64,000 bases of DNA from Gemmatimonadota bacterium. GTDB lineage: Bacteria; JBHIER01; G020348925. Made by a program: the position numbers and the translations under genes. Below are positions 49,128 to 58,504 of this stretch, piece by piece (the first letter of the stretch is position 1; every line of letters starts with the position of its first letter). Location: assembly GCA_020348925.1 (NCBI GenBank), contig CP070758.1, positions 2,247,688 through 2,311,687 on the forward strand. Reading direction: 5' to 3'. The notes under the pieces are model-generated. The model worked only from the letters and a program-made list of their open reading frames with translations, had not been told where the DNA came from and did not search any database.

Positions 49128-52100
49128 ATGGAAATGAAAAGGTGCATATGGTTCATGGCGGCATTTCTGATTGTGCTTGCTCCGAGCATTTTCGCCCAGT
49201 CTGTCCTTTCGGAGTTACAGATTACGACGGACACGAATACGCAGTGGCGACCTTCCGTCTACGGCAATTATATAGTCTGGCAGGATCAGCGGAACGGAAA
49301 TGCCGACATCTACGGGTACAACCTGGCCACGAATACGGAGTTTCCCATCTGTATCAATACATTTAACCAGGAGCACCCTACCATCTACGGTGACATCGTG
49401 GTGTGGTACGACTGGAGGAATGTCAACGCAGACATCTACGGGTACGATCTGGCCACGAATACGGAATTCCCGATTTGTTTGAATCCGAATACCCAGCGAC
49501 TACCCGTCATCTGGGAAAACTTCGTCGTCTGGAACGATTGGCGGAACGGCAACTGGGATATTTACGGATACGACCTTTCGACTGCTACCGAATTTCCCAT
49601 CTGCACCAACGGGGCGCATCAATATTTCCCCAGAACCGGCGGTCGCTATGCGGTCTGGTGGGACGAGAGAAATGGCATCGGCAACTGGGATATCTACGGG
49701 TACGACCTGCTCACGAATACGGAATTCCCGATCTGTTTGGATCCGAATAACCAGGGATACCCTGCCGTGCACAATGATATTGTGGCCTGGATTGACGACA
49801 GGGACGGCAACTGGAGTATTTACGGCTACAATGTTACCACGGCGACGGAGTTCCCCATCTGTACCAATACATCCGACCAGTTCCGTCCGTGGGTGTCGGA
49901 TAATGTTGTGGTCTGGTTCGATCTGAGGAACGGGAATCAGGACATTTACGGTTATCAACTCTCCACGGGGACGGAGTTTCAGATCACGACGAACACGAGC
50001 GACCAGAGGCATCCCAAGATCCACTGCAACCGGGTGCTGTGGCACGATCGCCGGGACGGGGATTACAATATATACAGCGCTACCCTTGATATCAATATGT
50101 GTGGGAGAGCCGTGGCCTGGGGAGATACGTGCATGAATCATGTGGGGCCTGACGATCCCGAGGATTTTCTGCTGGGAAGCAGCCCGCTGTACGCGGACCA
50201 GGATCTCTATGCGGTGGGTTTTTACAATTCGAAGGGACTCGCCATGGTGAACTCCATCTCCTTTCAGTGGTACGATCCGGGATCGGTGGATCTGTGGGTG
50301 TATCTGGGGCGTGAGGATTATTGTCCCCATTGTCAGCCGCTTTTGACGGGGGAGAGTCCCTTGGGTAGCATGTTAGGTCAGGTCGGGTCCGGTGATTTTA
50401 TTGGCAACTGGGAATGGGAGAAGGTGGATTTGGGTGATGGCCCGTGCATTCTGATCCCGGCCAAGCGTTGCTTCTATGTGGTGTGGAAGATGAAAGATGG
50501 AATGGATCGACCGAGGATACTGGGTGACGCCGAACATTCAGACAGTTTCTCGTGGATCTACAATGCGGAGTATGGATTGTGGAAGTGCTTTCCAGGATAT
50601 GAATATATGGTGGAAGTGTGTTTGGACTATCAACCCGGGTGTATAGAAATTCAAGGGCCGGATATTACGTGGGATCATCCGTACCGCGGTGAGTATCCGT
50701 GTGTCTGCGATGATTACGCAGTGCGGGCCGTTTTCCACAACGAGTGTGATGAGGGTGAGTTCGTGGATGTTGAATTTTACGAAGCGCCGTGGGGATTATT
50801 CACTGTGCCGACAAGCGGGGGTGCTTTGTGCGTGGAGACGGCCTTTGTCCCCGGTGAGGGAAGGGATACGGTCGTGTGTGCCTGTGAGTATCATCATCAT
50901 TCTGAGGAGCACAACGGGTGGGCAAGGAACATTGTTGTGGCCTGGACGCGGGATATGGAATTTTGCTACGATACTCCAGGTCCAACATGGTATATGAGCC
51001 GGCGATGTAGGATGACGATCTGGCCGGACGGGCCGTGGGACAAGGAGCCGGTGCGTTGGGGTTTGGCACCGATTACGATTCCCGTGTACAATGAGCATCC
51101 GGGGGAGATGCGCTTTGAGTTGCATATAGCTGATTTACCTTCAGAGTGGGATGCGGATTTGAGTTGGGATGACGAGATGTTGTCACCTGAAGAGACTCGG
51201 AATGTTTTATTGACTGTTTGGCCTGATGGTGACGAGCCTGAGGGTCCGGTTGTCATCAGGGTCATGGCGTTTAAGTGCAACGGTGAGTGGGGCGAGGTGG
51301 AGATCGAGTTCATGCCCTATCCGGAGCATTTCTTCCTGGGTCCGGACGGTCGGCCGGTACAGCCGGTGCACGTGCAGGACATCCGCTGGAGCCCACGCTA
51401 TCCGTGCGAGAACAGGCCCTACGATGTCTCGGTGACGGTGGTCAACGACGGGCCCAACAGCGCCTATCCGAAGATCAGCTTCGGCCTGGCGCCGTGGGGT
51501 TTCTACTTTCCGCCCTTTGAGGAGATGGTCTACGACACGGTGTTGTGGGGCGGCGTCGGCGGTTTCGCCCGTCAGGTTGTGGCGCCCTATCATCACAAGA
51601 TCCCGTGGTTTATACACGAGGATCTGGAGTGCAACTACTATCAGCAGTATGCGCGGAACATCGTCATCGACTACCCTGTGATCCGCCGTCACTGTCCTGA
51701 TCCTGATCTGTTACCCCTGGTATGGACGGTGGAGGATTCGACAACGGAGTATTTCAGGGACTGCGAGCGGTGGATGTGGCCGAAGCACCGGTGGGTGAAC
51801 GGGGATACGACCTGGAGGCCGGTGATCGTTCCGGTACCCCTGTACAACGATGAGCCCTTTCCTGTTCTTTTCTGGATGTGGGTGGAGTCGGCACCGGTTT
51901 CTCCCGGTGGGGAGATGTGGGAGACAACTTTTGATGGAGGAGATCCAACATTAGAGATAGATGGCGTTCTCCCGGGGGAAATGGAGGAGGTCAATCTGTC
52001 CATTATCCCCAAGGGGGATGCTCCGCCAAGTGCGTTGCCGGACCATGTGGTGGTGGGTGCGGCGAAGTGGGATATACTCGGCGGATCCGGAAGCGAATAC

Positions 52101-53603
52101 TTATCATGCTTCTATGACACCACGTTTATCGATATCAAGTTCATGCCGTACACGGGCATGTGTATCCGGGACACCAGCGGGATCAAGGTCGGCTACAAGT
52201 ATTCGGAGACGTGCAGTGGCGATGATACAATCTATCCGACCCTGCTGCCCGGCGATCAGGTGAGTATCGGCCTGATGCTGGACAACGAGTACCCGGTCTC
52301 GGCGGCGCAGATCGATCTGTGGTACGAGTCGGCTTACATGCGGGTGGTGGACGTTCAGACGACGACGCGGACGATCGGCTTTGAGCTGGTGCACCGCGAG
52401 TTGGCGCCAGGAACGCACGAGATCGCGTTGTACTCGACGCCGACCCATCCGATAATTGTGCCCAATCCGCCCAGTTCGCATTGCGAGCTGCCGCCCGGGT
52501 ACAATGATGTGGGTTTGTTGTCGATCGTGACGGTGACGTTTGAGATTTTGCCCGGAGCACCTGCGGGTGAGTGTGCGGACATCTGGTACGGGACGGTGAT
52601 CCTGGACGGGCTGCCGGACTGGGAGGGTCATCCCAAGGAGCCGCTGTGTTTGAAGTTTGAGGACAAGGGTCAGATCTGTTACGGTGGGTACATTGTGCCC
52701 AACAAGTGCGACGTGACGGGCTTATCCGCGGCACCGGACACCATGGTGACGTTGATGGATCTGTTGGCCATCTTGAACCACCTCACGGGGAAGAAGAGCC
52801 TGGGATCGTTGGATGACGTTTTTGATCCGACGACGTTGATCTGGGCGGCGGATGCCAATGGCGATGGGCTCGTCAACATCATCGATCTGATGAAGTGCAT
52901 CAACCTGGCCGTGGGCGTTTGCGATCCGAAGGTGGCCGTGGCCGATGTGGCGGTGGGCGATGCGGTCGGAGTATCGGGTCGGACGGTGGCGGTGCCGGTG
53001 GATGTGACCTCGGAGCAGGATGTGGCCGGCCTGCTGCTGCGGTTCCGGTACGATCAGGAGATTCTGATGGCCGGTGAGGCCGAGCTGACGGACCGGGCAG
53101 CGGGCATGGATGTTGTCACCAAGGTGATCGGGGATGAGCTGGTGGTCTTCGTCTCCAGCATGAGGGGCGAGGCTATCGAGGCAGGTGCGGGTTCGGTGGT
53201 GCGTGTGCCCTTCACGCTGAGTGGCGATGTGTCGGAGGTGGGGATCGAGGTGGTTGAGCCCGTGGTCTTCACCGTGGATGAGGCCATTGTTTTCGGTCAC
53301 GGTTCGATGTTCGTGGTCAAATCCGAGGATCTGGTGCCGGCCGAGTACGGTCTGGCCCAGAACTACCCGAATCCGTTCAACCCGGTGACGTCGATCGCCT
53401 ACAGTCTGCCTCAGGCGGCCAAGGTCAAGGGGTTTGTCTATAATACGTTGGGACAGGTTGTGGCCGAACTGGTGGACGGTGATCAGGAGGCCGGGCATCA
53501 TGTGATCAAGTGGGATGCCCGGGATCTGGCCAGCGGTGTCTATTTTTACAGAATCGAAGCGAATGACTTTGCGGCCACGAGACGGATGGTGCTGATGAAG
53601 TAA
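49128..53603 (+). CDS. Paralog C: signal peptide, 7-repeat beta-propeller, conserved core, cohesin-like, dockerin-like, cohesin-like, CTD
   Basis: Seven ~42-aa VW.D.R.GN.DIYGY.L.T.TEF repeats; core starts AVAWGDTC (~50109); [32 protein letters not shown]. Confidence 0.9.
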   Translation: MEMKRCIWFMAAFLIVLAPSIFAQSVLSELQITTDTNTQWRPSVYGNYIVWQDQRNGNADIYGYNLATNTEFPICINTFNQEHPTIYGDIVVWYDWRNVNADIYGYDLATNTEFPICLNPNTQRLPVIWENFVVWNDWRNGNWDIYGYDLSTATEFPICTNGAHQYFPRTGGRYAVWWDERNGIGNWDIYGYDLLTNTEFPICLDPNNQGYPAVHNDIVAWIDDRDGNWSIYGYNVTTATEFPICTNTSDQFRPWVSDNVVVWFDLRNGNQDIYGYQLSTGTEFQITTNTSDQRHPKIHCNRVLWHDRRDGDYNIYSATLDINMCGRAVAWGDTCMNHVGPDDPEDFLLGSSPLYADQDLYAVGFYNSKGLAMVNSISFQWYDPGSVDLWVYLGREDYCPHCQPLLTGESPLGSMLGQVGSGDFIGNWEWEKVDLGDGPCILIPAKRCFYVVWKMKDGMDRPRILGDAEHSDSFSWIYNAEYGLWKCFPGYEYMVEVCLDYQPGCIEIQGPDITWDHPYRGEYPCVCDDYAVRAVFHNECDEGEFVDVEFYEAPWGLFTVPTSGGALCVETAFVPGEGRDTVVCACEYHHHSEEHNGWARNIVVAWTRDMEFCYDTPGPTWYMSRRCRMTIWPDGPWDKEPVRWGLAPITIPVYNEHPGEMRFELHIADLPSEWDADLSWDDEMLSPEETRNVLLTVWPDGDEPEGPVVIRVMAFKCNGEWGEVEIEFMPYPEHFFLGPDGRPVQPVHVQDIRWSPRYPCENRPYDVSVTVVNDGPNSAYPKISFGLAPWGFYFPPFEEMVYDTVLWGGVGGFARQVVAPYHHKIPWFIHEDLECNYYQQYARNIVIDYPVIRRHCPDPDLLPLVWTVEDSTTEYFRDCERWMWPKHRWVNGDTTWRPVIVPVPLYNDEPFPVLFWMWVESAPVSPGGEMWETTFDGGDPTLEIDGVLPGEMEEVNLSIIPKGDAPPSALPDHVVVGAAKWDILGGSGSEYLSCFYDTTFIDIKFMPYTGMCIRDTSGIKVGYKYSETCSGDDTIYPTLLPGDQVSIGLMLDNEYPVSAAQIDLWYESAYMRVVDVQTTTRTIGFELVHRELAPGTHEIALYSTPTHPIIVPNPPSSHCELPPGYNDVGLLSIVTVTFEILPGAPAGECADIWYGTVILDGLPDWEGHPKEPLCLKFEDKGQICYGGYIVPNKCDVTGLSAAPDTMVTLMDLLAILNHLTGKKSLGSLDDVFDPTTLIWAADANGDGLVNIIDLMKCINLAVGVCDPKVAVADVAVGDAVGVSGRTVAVPVDVTSEQDVAGLLLRFRYDQEILMAGEAELTDRAAGMDVVTKVIGDELVVFVSSMRGEAIEAGAGSVVRVPFTLSGDVSEVGIEVVEPVVFTVDEAIVFGHGSMFVVKSEDLVPAEYGLAQNYPNPFNPVTSIAYSLPQAAKVKGFVYNTLGQVVAELVDGDQEAGHHVIKWDARDLASGVYFYRIEANDFAATRRMVLMK

Positions 53604-53662
53604 GTTCGAGAAGCATACCTTGAGCTTGTCGAAGGGTCAAAAAGTCGAAGAGCTGAACACTC

Positions 53663-53696
53663 AAAGCCGCTCTGGTTTCGAAACCGGGGCGGCTTT
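53663..53696 (+). terminator. Intrinsic terminator of paralog C
   Basis: AAAGCCGCTCTGGTTTCGAAACCGGGGCGGCTTT hairpin. Confidence 0.75.
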
Positions 53697-54084
53697 ACTA
53701 TGCTGGGCCAGTTTTTCCAAGAACGTTTTTTTATCAGAAGAAGAATTCTTGTCGTCCCTCAGACTCGCCGTACCGTATGAGAAGCCTATCAATCCGGCCT
53801 CGTTCGTAAGACACTCAATTAATATTAGATCATTTATTATCATTTGGTTACAGAGCACTGTGCACCCTGGGATCCGGCCGGATGTCTGTTCTGATTTTAT
53901 TGGATTCCCCTCAAAGAATTGCACGATTTTCTGTGTGTGGCAGAAAAAGGAGCGTTAACAGGGGAAGAAATATTTTGCAGACAAATATGCTCTCAAAAAT
54001 CGTTCCAAAAGGGATCACATTTGGACCTCTTTTTTGAGGAGCGGAAATTATAGTAAATACTTTAAAAAATAATTGAAAAAGTCC

Positions 54085-54113
54085 TTGACAATATACTTGA
54101 ATTTACTTATAAT
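54085..54113 (+). promoter_or_regulatory. Consensus sigma70 promoter of paralog D
   Basis: Perfect TTGACA-N17-TATAAT with an AT-rich upstream element. Confidence 0.75.
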
Positions 54114-54381
54114 TAGGCGTTGAAGTGTGGCATTTTTTTGAGGGGCAAAAATGTACAAAAGAATGCTGCTCACAACCCATATTGACGTACATAGTTTTCC
54201 TGATCTCCCTTTTTCAAACGAGAGGGCTTTCAGTAAGGGATAATTATGTATTGTAGGTGAAGATTATGCGAGTGTTCCTTTGAATCGAAAGTATTGAGGA
54301 AGACGAACCTCTTTGGATAACGAATGCAGGCAAAACATGAAATTCATATGTTATCGATATTCCCCTCAAGGAGAGAAAAGT

Positions 54382-57300
54382 ATGAGTAGCAGAAGAAGAG
54401 AGAAGATCATGTGGGTCTCATCTCTGATAATATTTTTACTGGTTTTATTTGGTTCGATGAATTCTATTGCCCAGCCTTATGAGGTCTGGGTGGACGATGA
54501 TTATTGCGACGGCTGCGGGAACGACGGTCATACTTGGGGCTACGATGCCTTCGATAATATCCAGGATGGTATTGACGCTGTCTCCAGTAGTACCGTATGG
54601 GTACTACCGGGGACATATTCAGCAATGAACGATATCAATGCGAATGATGTGGAGGTGCTTTCAACCGGTGGACCCGAGGTGACCATCATCGATGGCGGAG
54701 GTTTGGCCAGCTACGGTTTTCAAATTAACACTGACGTGGATAACGTTCGAATAGATGGGTTTACTATTACGGATTGTACCAATGGTATCGTTGTAAATAC
54801 ATTGGCGGACGGGACGGAAATTCACAACAACTACATTGAAGGAAACAGTCTTTTTGGTGTGTCCACTGGTCCGCCCGTCAACGCTGAGAACAACTGGTGG
54901 GGCTCCTGCACCGGCCCGTCACATTCAACAAATCCTCAAGGATTAGGGGATGCGGTTTCCGATAATGTCGATTTTGCCCCGTGGCTCTTCCCTTGCTCCT
55001 ATGCATTCGGCGATACGTGTTTGAATTATATGCTCCCGGGCAATCCTGATGAATATCTGGAGAGCAGCGACAATCCGACGGAGGATTGGTGGGCGGTGGT
55101 ATTTCGCAATCCCGGCGGAGCGGCCAAAATCACGTCCATCTCCTTCAGGTTCTTCGATGGGGGTGTCATCGATCTGTACGTCTTCACCTGCGGTGACCTG
55201 GTTCCTGAGGACGGTCTGTGCGAACCGGGTCAAATTTACGAGGTCTACGACTTTTTGGGAGATTCCCTCACCTCCGCCGTTCGCCACGCCTTTTTAGGAA
55301 CCGGCCTGCACCCGATCTTCAATTGGGAGAAGGTCAATCTTGAGGACTCATGCATTACGGTCGGGCCGAAAAGCTGCTTTATCGTGGCCTGGCACAAAGC
55401 GGTCAATGCGAATCCGCGGATCATGGCCGATGATACCGAAGGGGCGGGGACCCATAGCTGGATCTGGAACGATGAGCTGCAACAGTGGAAGTGTTTCCAG
55501 AACCTCGAATACTGTGTCGACGTCTGCCTCGACTACCAGCCCGGGTGCGTTACTCTGGAATGGCGGGATATCACGTGGGACCCGCTCCATCCTTGCGTGT
55601 GTAACGATTACAACGTCACGGCCGTTTTTTACAACGAATGCAACACCTCTCAGCAGATAGAAGTGGGATTCTACGAGGCCGACTGGGGTTTGTTCTTCCT
55701 ACCGGGACCGAACCGGTGCAGCAGTCAACTGTACACCGTACCGGCGAAGGGGTACTTGGAAGTGCCTTGTAACTGTGAGTATCACCATGACACGGATCCG
55801 GGCAATTCCTGGTCCCGTAACGTTGCTGTGAGGTACAACCGCGACGTGGACTTCTGTTGGGATGAACCGGAAACCGTATATCGCTATGAACGGCGGTGCC
55901 GCCGGACCATCTGGCCGGACGCCGATTACAGCGGCGCGTACGGATCCGTACCCGTTCCCATAACGAACAATGAGGGCCAGCAAATGCAGTTCGATGTTTC
56001 GGTCATCGACACCTCCGGCCCTACGGCCTGGAACTTTCGCTTTGCCAGTGGGAAGACGGATACGACGTTCTGGCTCGATCCACTGGCAGTGAACACACTG
56101 GACCTCATCGTTGAGGATACCCAACCGATAACTCAGCCTCTTGTTGTGTGGGTCCAGGCGTTGCAATGCAACGGCGAGGTGGGCGTGGCCGAGATCGAGT
56201 TCATGCCTTACAGTGAACCGAGTGACCAGGAGTGGTTTCTCAGTATTGGGACTGCCCAGTGGGGGATTTTCTTTCCCACAACGGAGACGTATTATGACGC
56301 TTGGCCAGGTCTTTATATGGATGAATTCATCAACCCTGATACTTCCTTTGTCGTTCCCATGTATCCATGTGAGGACTTAACGCCTTTTACGCCTTATTTC
56401 AGATGGGACTCCAATGGAACTGTGATACTCTATGCCCAAAAAGAATCGTTTTTGTGGCATCAACAGGGCCGGCAGTTCTATCGGAACGTGGTCCTTGATT
56501 TTCCAGAACTGAAACGCCACTGCTTTCCTGTGGATTCTGTGGCTACACTTTATTACCGGGACTGCCGGCGTATTATCTGGGCGGAGAGCCGGTGGCCTTG
56601 GGACGGGGAGATCGTTCCCATCCCTGTTTATAACGAAGAACCTTTCGAAGACACTATCGAACTTTCCGTGGAAACGGCCCCAACGGGATGGACCTATTTT
56701 CTGACTCAGACCAGTATGACCCTGGCACCGGCTCAGGCCGATACCGCGTTCCTGACGGTGATTCCGCAGGGGGCGGATCCACCTGCACCTCCGTATCATG
56801 CGATCGCGGTACAGGCGGTGAAAGGGTTCTGCGACCGCGATACGGGATACCTGAATATTGAATTCATGCCCTATGCCTGTCTATGCATTCACGATTATGC
56901 GGGCAAAGTGGTCGAAAATATCGGTATCGAAGATCCGACCCTTATGCCGGGAGATACGGTCCTGGTGAATCTCATGCTGGAGAACGATTATTACGTCAGA
57001 GCTCTTCAGGTCGGCGTTGTCTACGATCCTTCGTATCTGGAGCCTGATGACGTGTTATTGACGGCGCGCACGGCGAATATGAGATTGGACTACAGCCTGT
57101 CCGCACCTCCCGGAACACTTTTTATCGCTATCGATACAACATGGGTTTCTCCAGACAGTATCGATCCCAGTCCCATGGGATACCTCTGTCAGGAGAAATC
57201 GTCTGAGGACTTTCTGAAGGTCGTCACCATCGATTTTAACATCATTGATAACGCCCCTCCCGGGGTTTGTTCAAACCTGTATCCGGTGAATGTCGTCGTC

Positions 57301-58314
57301 ATCGGATTTCCCGGCTTGATATGGGGAATGGAAGGGGAGTTGACGGAGCAGATATGCGCCTGCGTCGACCACGGGCAGATCTGTTACGGCGGGTACGTCT
57401 TCCCCTTGAAGTGCGATGTGGATGCCGATACGACCGTGAGTCTGGCGGACTTGTTCCTGATTCTGGAGCACATTATCCGTGTCCATGAGCTGAGTGATGA
57501 CATTACTGTGCCCGGTGATTCCCTGTGGGCGGCGGATGCCAATGGCGATCAGGTCGTCAATATCCTTGACCTCATGAAATGCATCAATAAATCCGTCGGG
57601 CGATTTGATCCTCGGGTTGCCGTTCCGTACGCTGCGGTCTCCTTGCCGGAGGCAGTATCGATGCCATCTTCAGGCAGGATGGATATACCCGTTGGCCTCG
57701 AGATCGATGAGCCGCTGGCCGGAGCCCTGTTCAGACTGCGGTACGACCGATCGATTTTTGAGATGGGACGTCCTGAATTGACTGCGGATCAACTCTCGTT
57801 GAACTTGGAATACGGTTTCGTGGGAGAGGAGCTGTGGATTCTCGTTTCAGGTGAGGCGGCCGGAGGTATTGCGGTCGGATCGAATCCAGTGATGCGTCTG
57901 CCCTTTGATGTGGTCGGCGGGGAACTGGGTCAATGGAACCTGCGTTTCGAGGAGACCATTCTCTTTACGGCGGACGAACGGATCATTATTACCGAGCCGG
58001 CTTCAGTTTGGGTGAAGCCCTTGGAGGTTGTGCCGACTGTTTATTCGCTGTCGCAGAACTATCCCAATCCTTTCAATCCGGAGACGGAGATTCGGTATGG
58101 GTTGCCGGAAGCCGGGGACGTTCGATTGGATGTTTACAATCTCCTGGGGCAGAGGATCACCACCTTGGTGAACGAGCATCAGGAGGCCGGATACAAGTCG
58201 GTCGTGTGGGATGGGCGGGATGAAAACGGACAGGACGTATCCAGCGGAATGTACTTTTACGCGCTGACATCGGGGACATTTGCGGCCACAAAGCGCATGG
58301 TCCTGATCAAATAG
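54382..58314 (+). CDS. Paralog D: signal peptide, short right-handed beta-helix, diverged core, cohesin-like, dockerin-like, cohesin-like, FlgD-like CTD
   Basis: VWVDDDY, NIQDGIDA, IDGFTI and NAENNWWG motifs; core starts YAFGDTC (~55000); [24 protein letters not shown]...WDGRDENGQDVSSGMYFY. Confidence 0.88.
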   Translation: MSSRRREKIMWVSSLIIFLLVLFGSMNSIAQPYEVWVDDDYCDGCGNDGHTWGYDAFDNIQDGIDAVSSSTVWVLPGTYSAMNDINANDVEVLSTGGPEVTIIDGGGLASYGFQINTDVDNVRIDGFTITDCTNGIVVNTLADGTEIHNNYIEGNSLFGVSTGPPVNAENNWWGSCTGPSHSTNPQGLGDAVSDNVDFAPWLFPCSYAFGDTCLNYMLPGNPDEYLESSDNPTEDWWAVVFRNPGGAAKITSISFRFFDGGVIDLYVFTCGDLVPEDGLCEPGQIYEVYDFLGDSLTSAVRHAFLGTGLHPIFNWEKVNLEDSCITVGPKSCFIVAWHKAVNANPRIMADDTEGAGTHSWIWNDELQQWKCFQNLEYCVDVCLDYQPGCVTLEWRDITWDPLHPCVCNDYNVTAVFYNECNTSQQIEVGFYEADWGLFFLPGPNRCSSQLYTVPAKGYLEVPCNCEYHHDTDPGNSWSRNVAVRYNRDVDFCWDEPETVYRYERRCRRTIWPDADYSGAYGSVPVPITNNEGQQMQFDVSVIDTSGPTAWNFRFASGKTDTTFWLDPLAVNTLDLIVEDTQPITQPLVVWVQALQCNGEVGVAEIEFMPYSEPSDQEWFLSIGTAQWGIFFPTTETYYDAWPGLYMDEFINPDTSFVVPMYPCEDLTPFTPYFRWDSNGTVILYAQKESFLWHQQGRQFYRNVVLDFPELKRHCFPVDSVATLYYRDCRRIIWAESRWPWDGEIVPIPVYNEEPFEDTIELSVETAPTGWTYFLTQTSMTLAPAQADTAFLTVIPQGADPPAPPYHAIAVQAVKGFCDRDTGYLNIEFMPYACLCIHDYAGKVVENIGIEDPTLMPGDTVLVNLMLENDYYVRALQVGVVYDPSYLEPDDVLLTARTANMRLDYSLSAPPGTLFIAIDTTWVSPDSIDPSPMGYLCQEKSSEDFLKVVTIDFNIIDNAPPGVCSNLYPVNVVVIGFPGLIWGMEGELTEQICACVDHGQICYGGYVFPLKCDVDADTTVSLADLFLILEHIIRVHELSDDITVPGDSLWAADANGDQVVNILDLMKCINKSVGRFDPRVAVPYAAVSLPEAVSMPSSGRMDIPVGLEIDEPLAGALFRLRYDRSIFEMGRPELTADQLSLNLEYGFVGEELWILVSGEAAGGIAVGSNPVMRLPFDVVGGELGQWNLRFEETILFTADERIIITEPASVWVKPLEVVPTVYSLSQNYPNPFNPETEIRYGLPEAGDVRLDVYNLLGQRITTLVNEHQEAGYKSVVWDGRDENGQDVSSGMYFYALTSGTFAATKRMVLIK

Positions 58315-58504
58315 AGGATGCTTTTTCAACAGAGAGGGCCACAACAAAGGAGGTAGAGACCAAGGGTTTTTGGCTATCATTCACGAGTTCCAATTCTTTT
58401 TTAAAATTCTAAAGATCTCACTTTTCGTAACGACAATTATGCAATCATTTTGAGATGTCAACATGCTCGTACAATATACAAGTTCAAGGACGAAGGAGGG
58501 ACCA

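Noticed and set aside
43931-53603. Site-specific invertible (shufflon-like) locus between oppositely oriented paralogs A and B/C
   Set aside because: No recombinase or short crossover sites were found, and the relative orientation depends on an unresolved gap.
48095-53603. Diversity-generating retroelement (B as template, C as variable region)
   Set aside because: No reverse transcriptase in the window; differences between B and C are not adenine-specific and many are synonymous; B is itself a gene end with a terminator.
53620-53958. Small ORFs between paralogs C and D
   Set aside because: They overlap the REP-like element and terminator, lack an RBS and have no recognisable motif.
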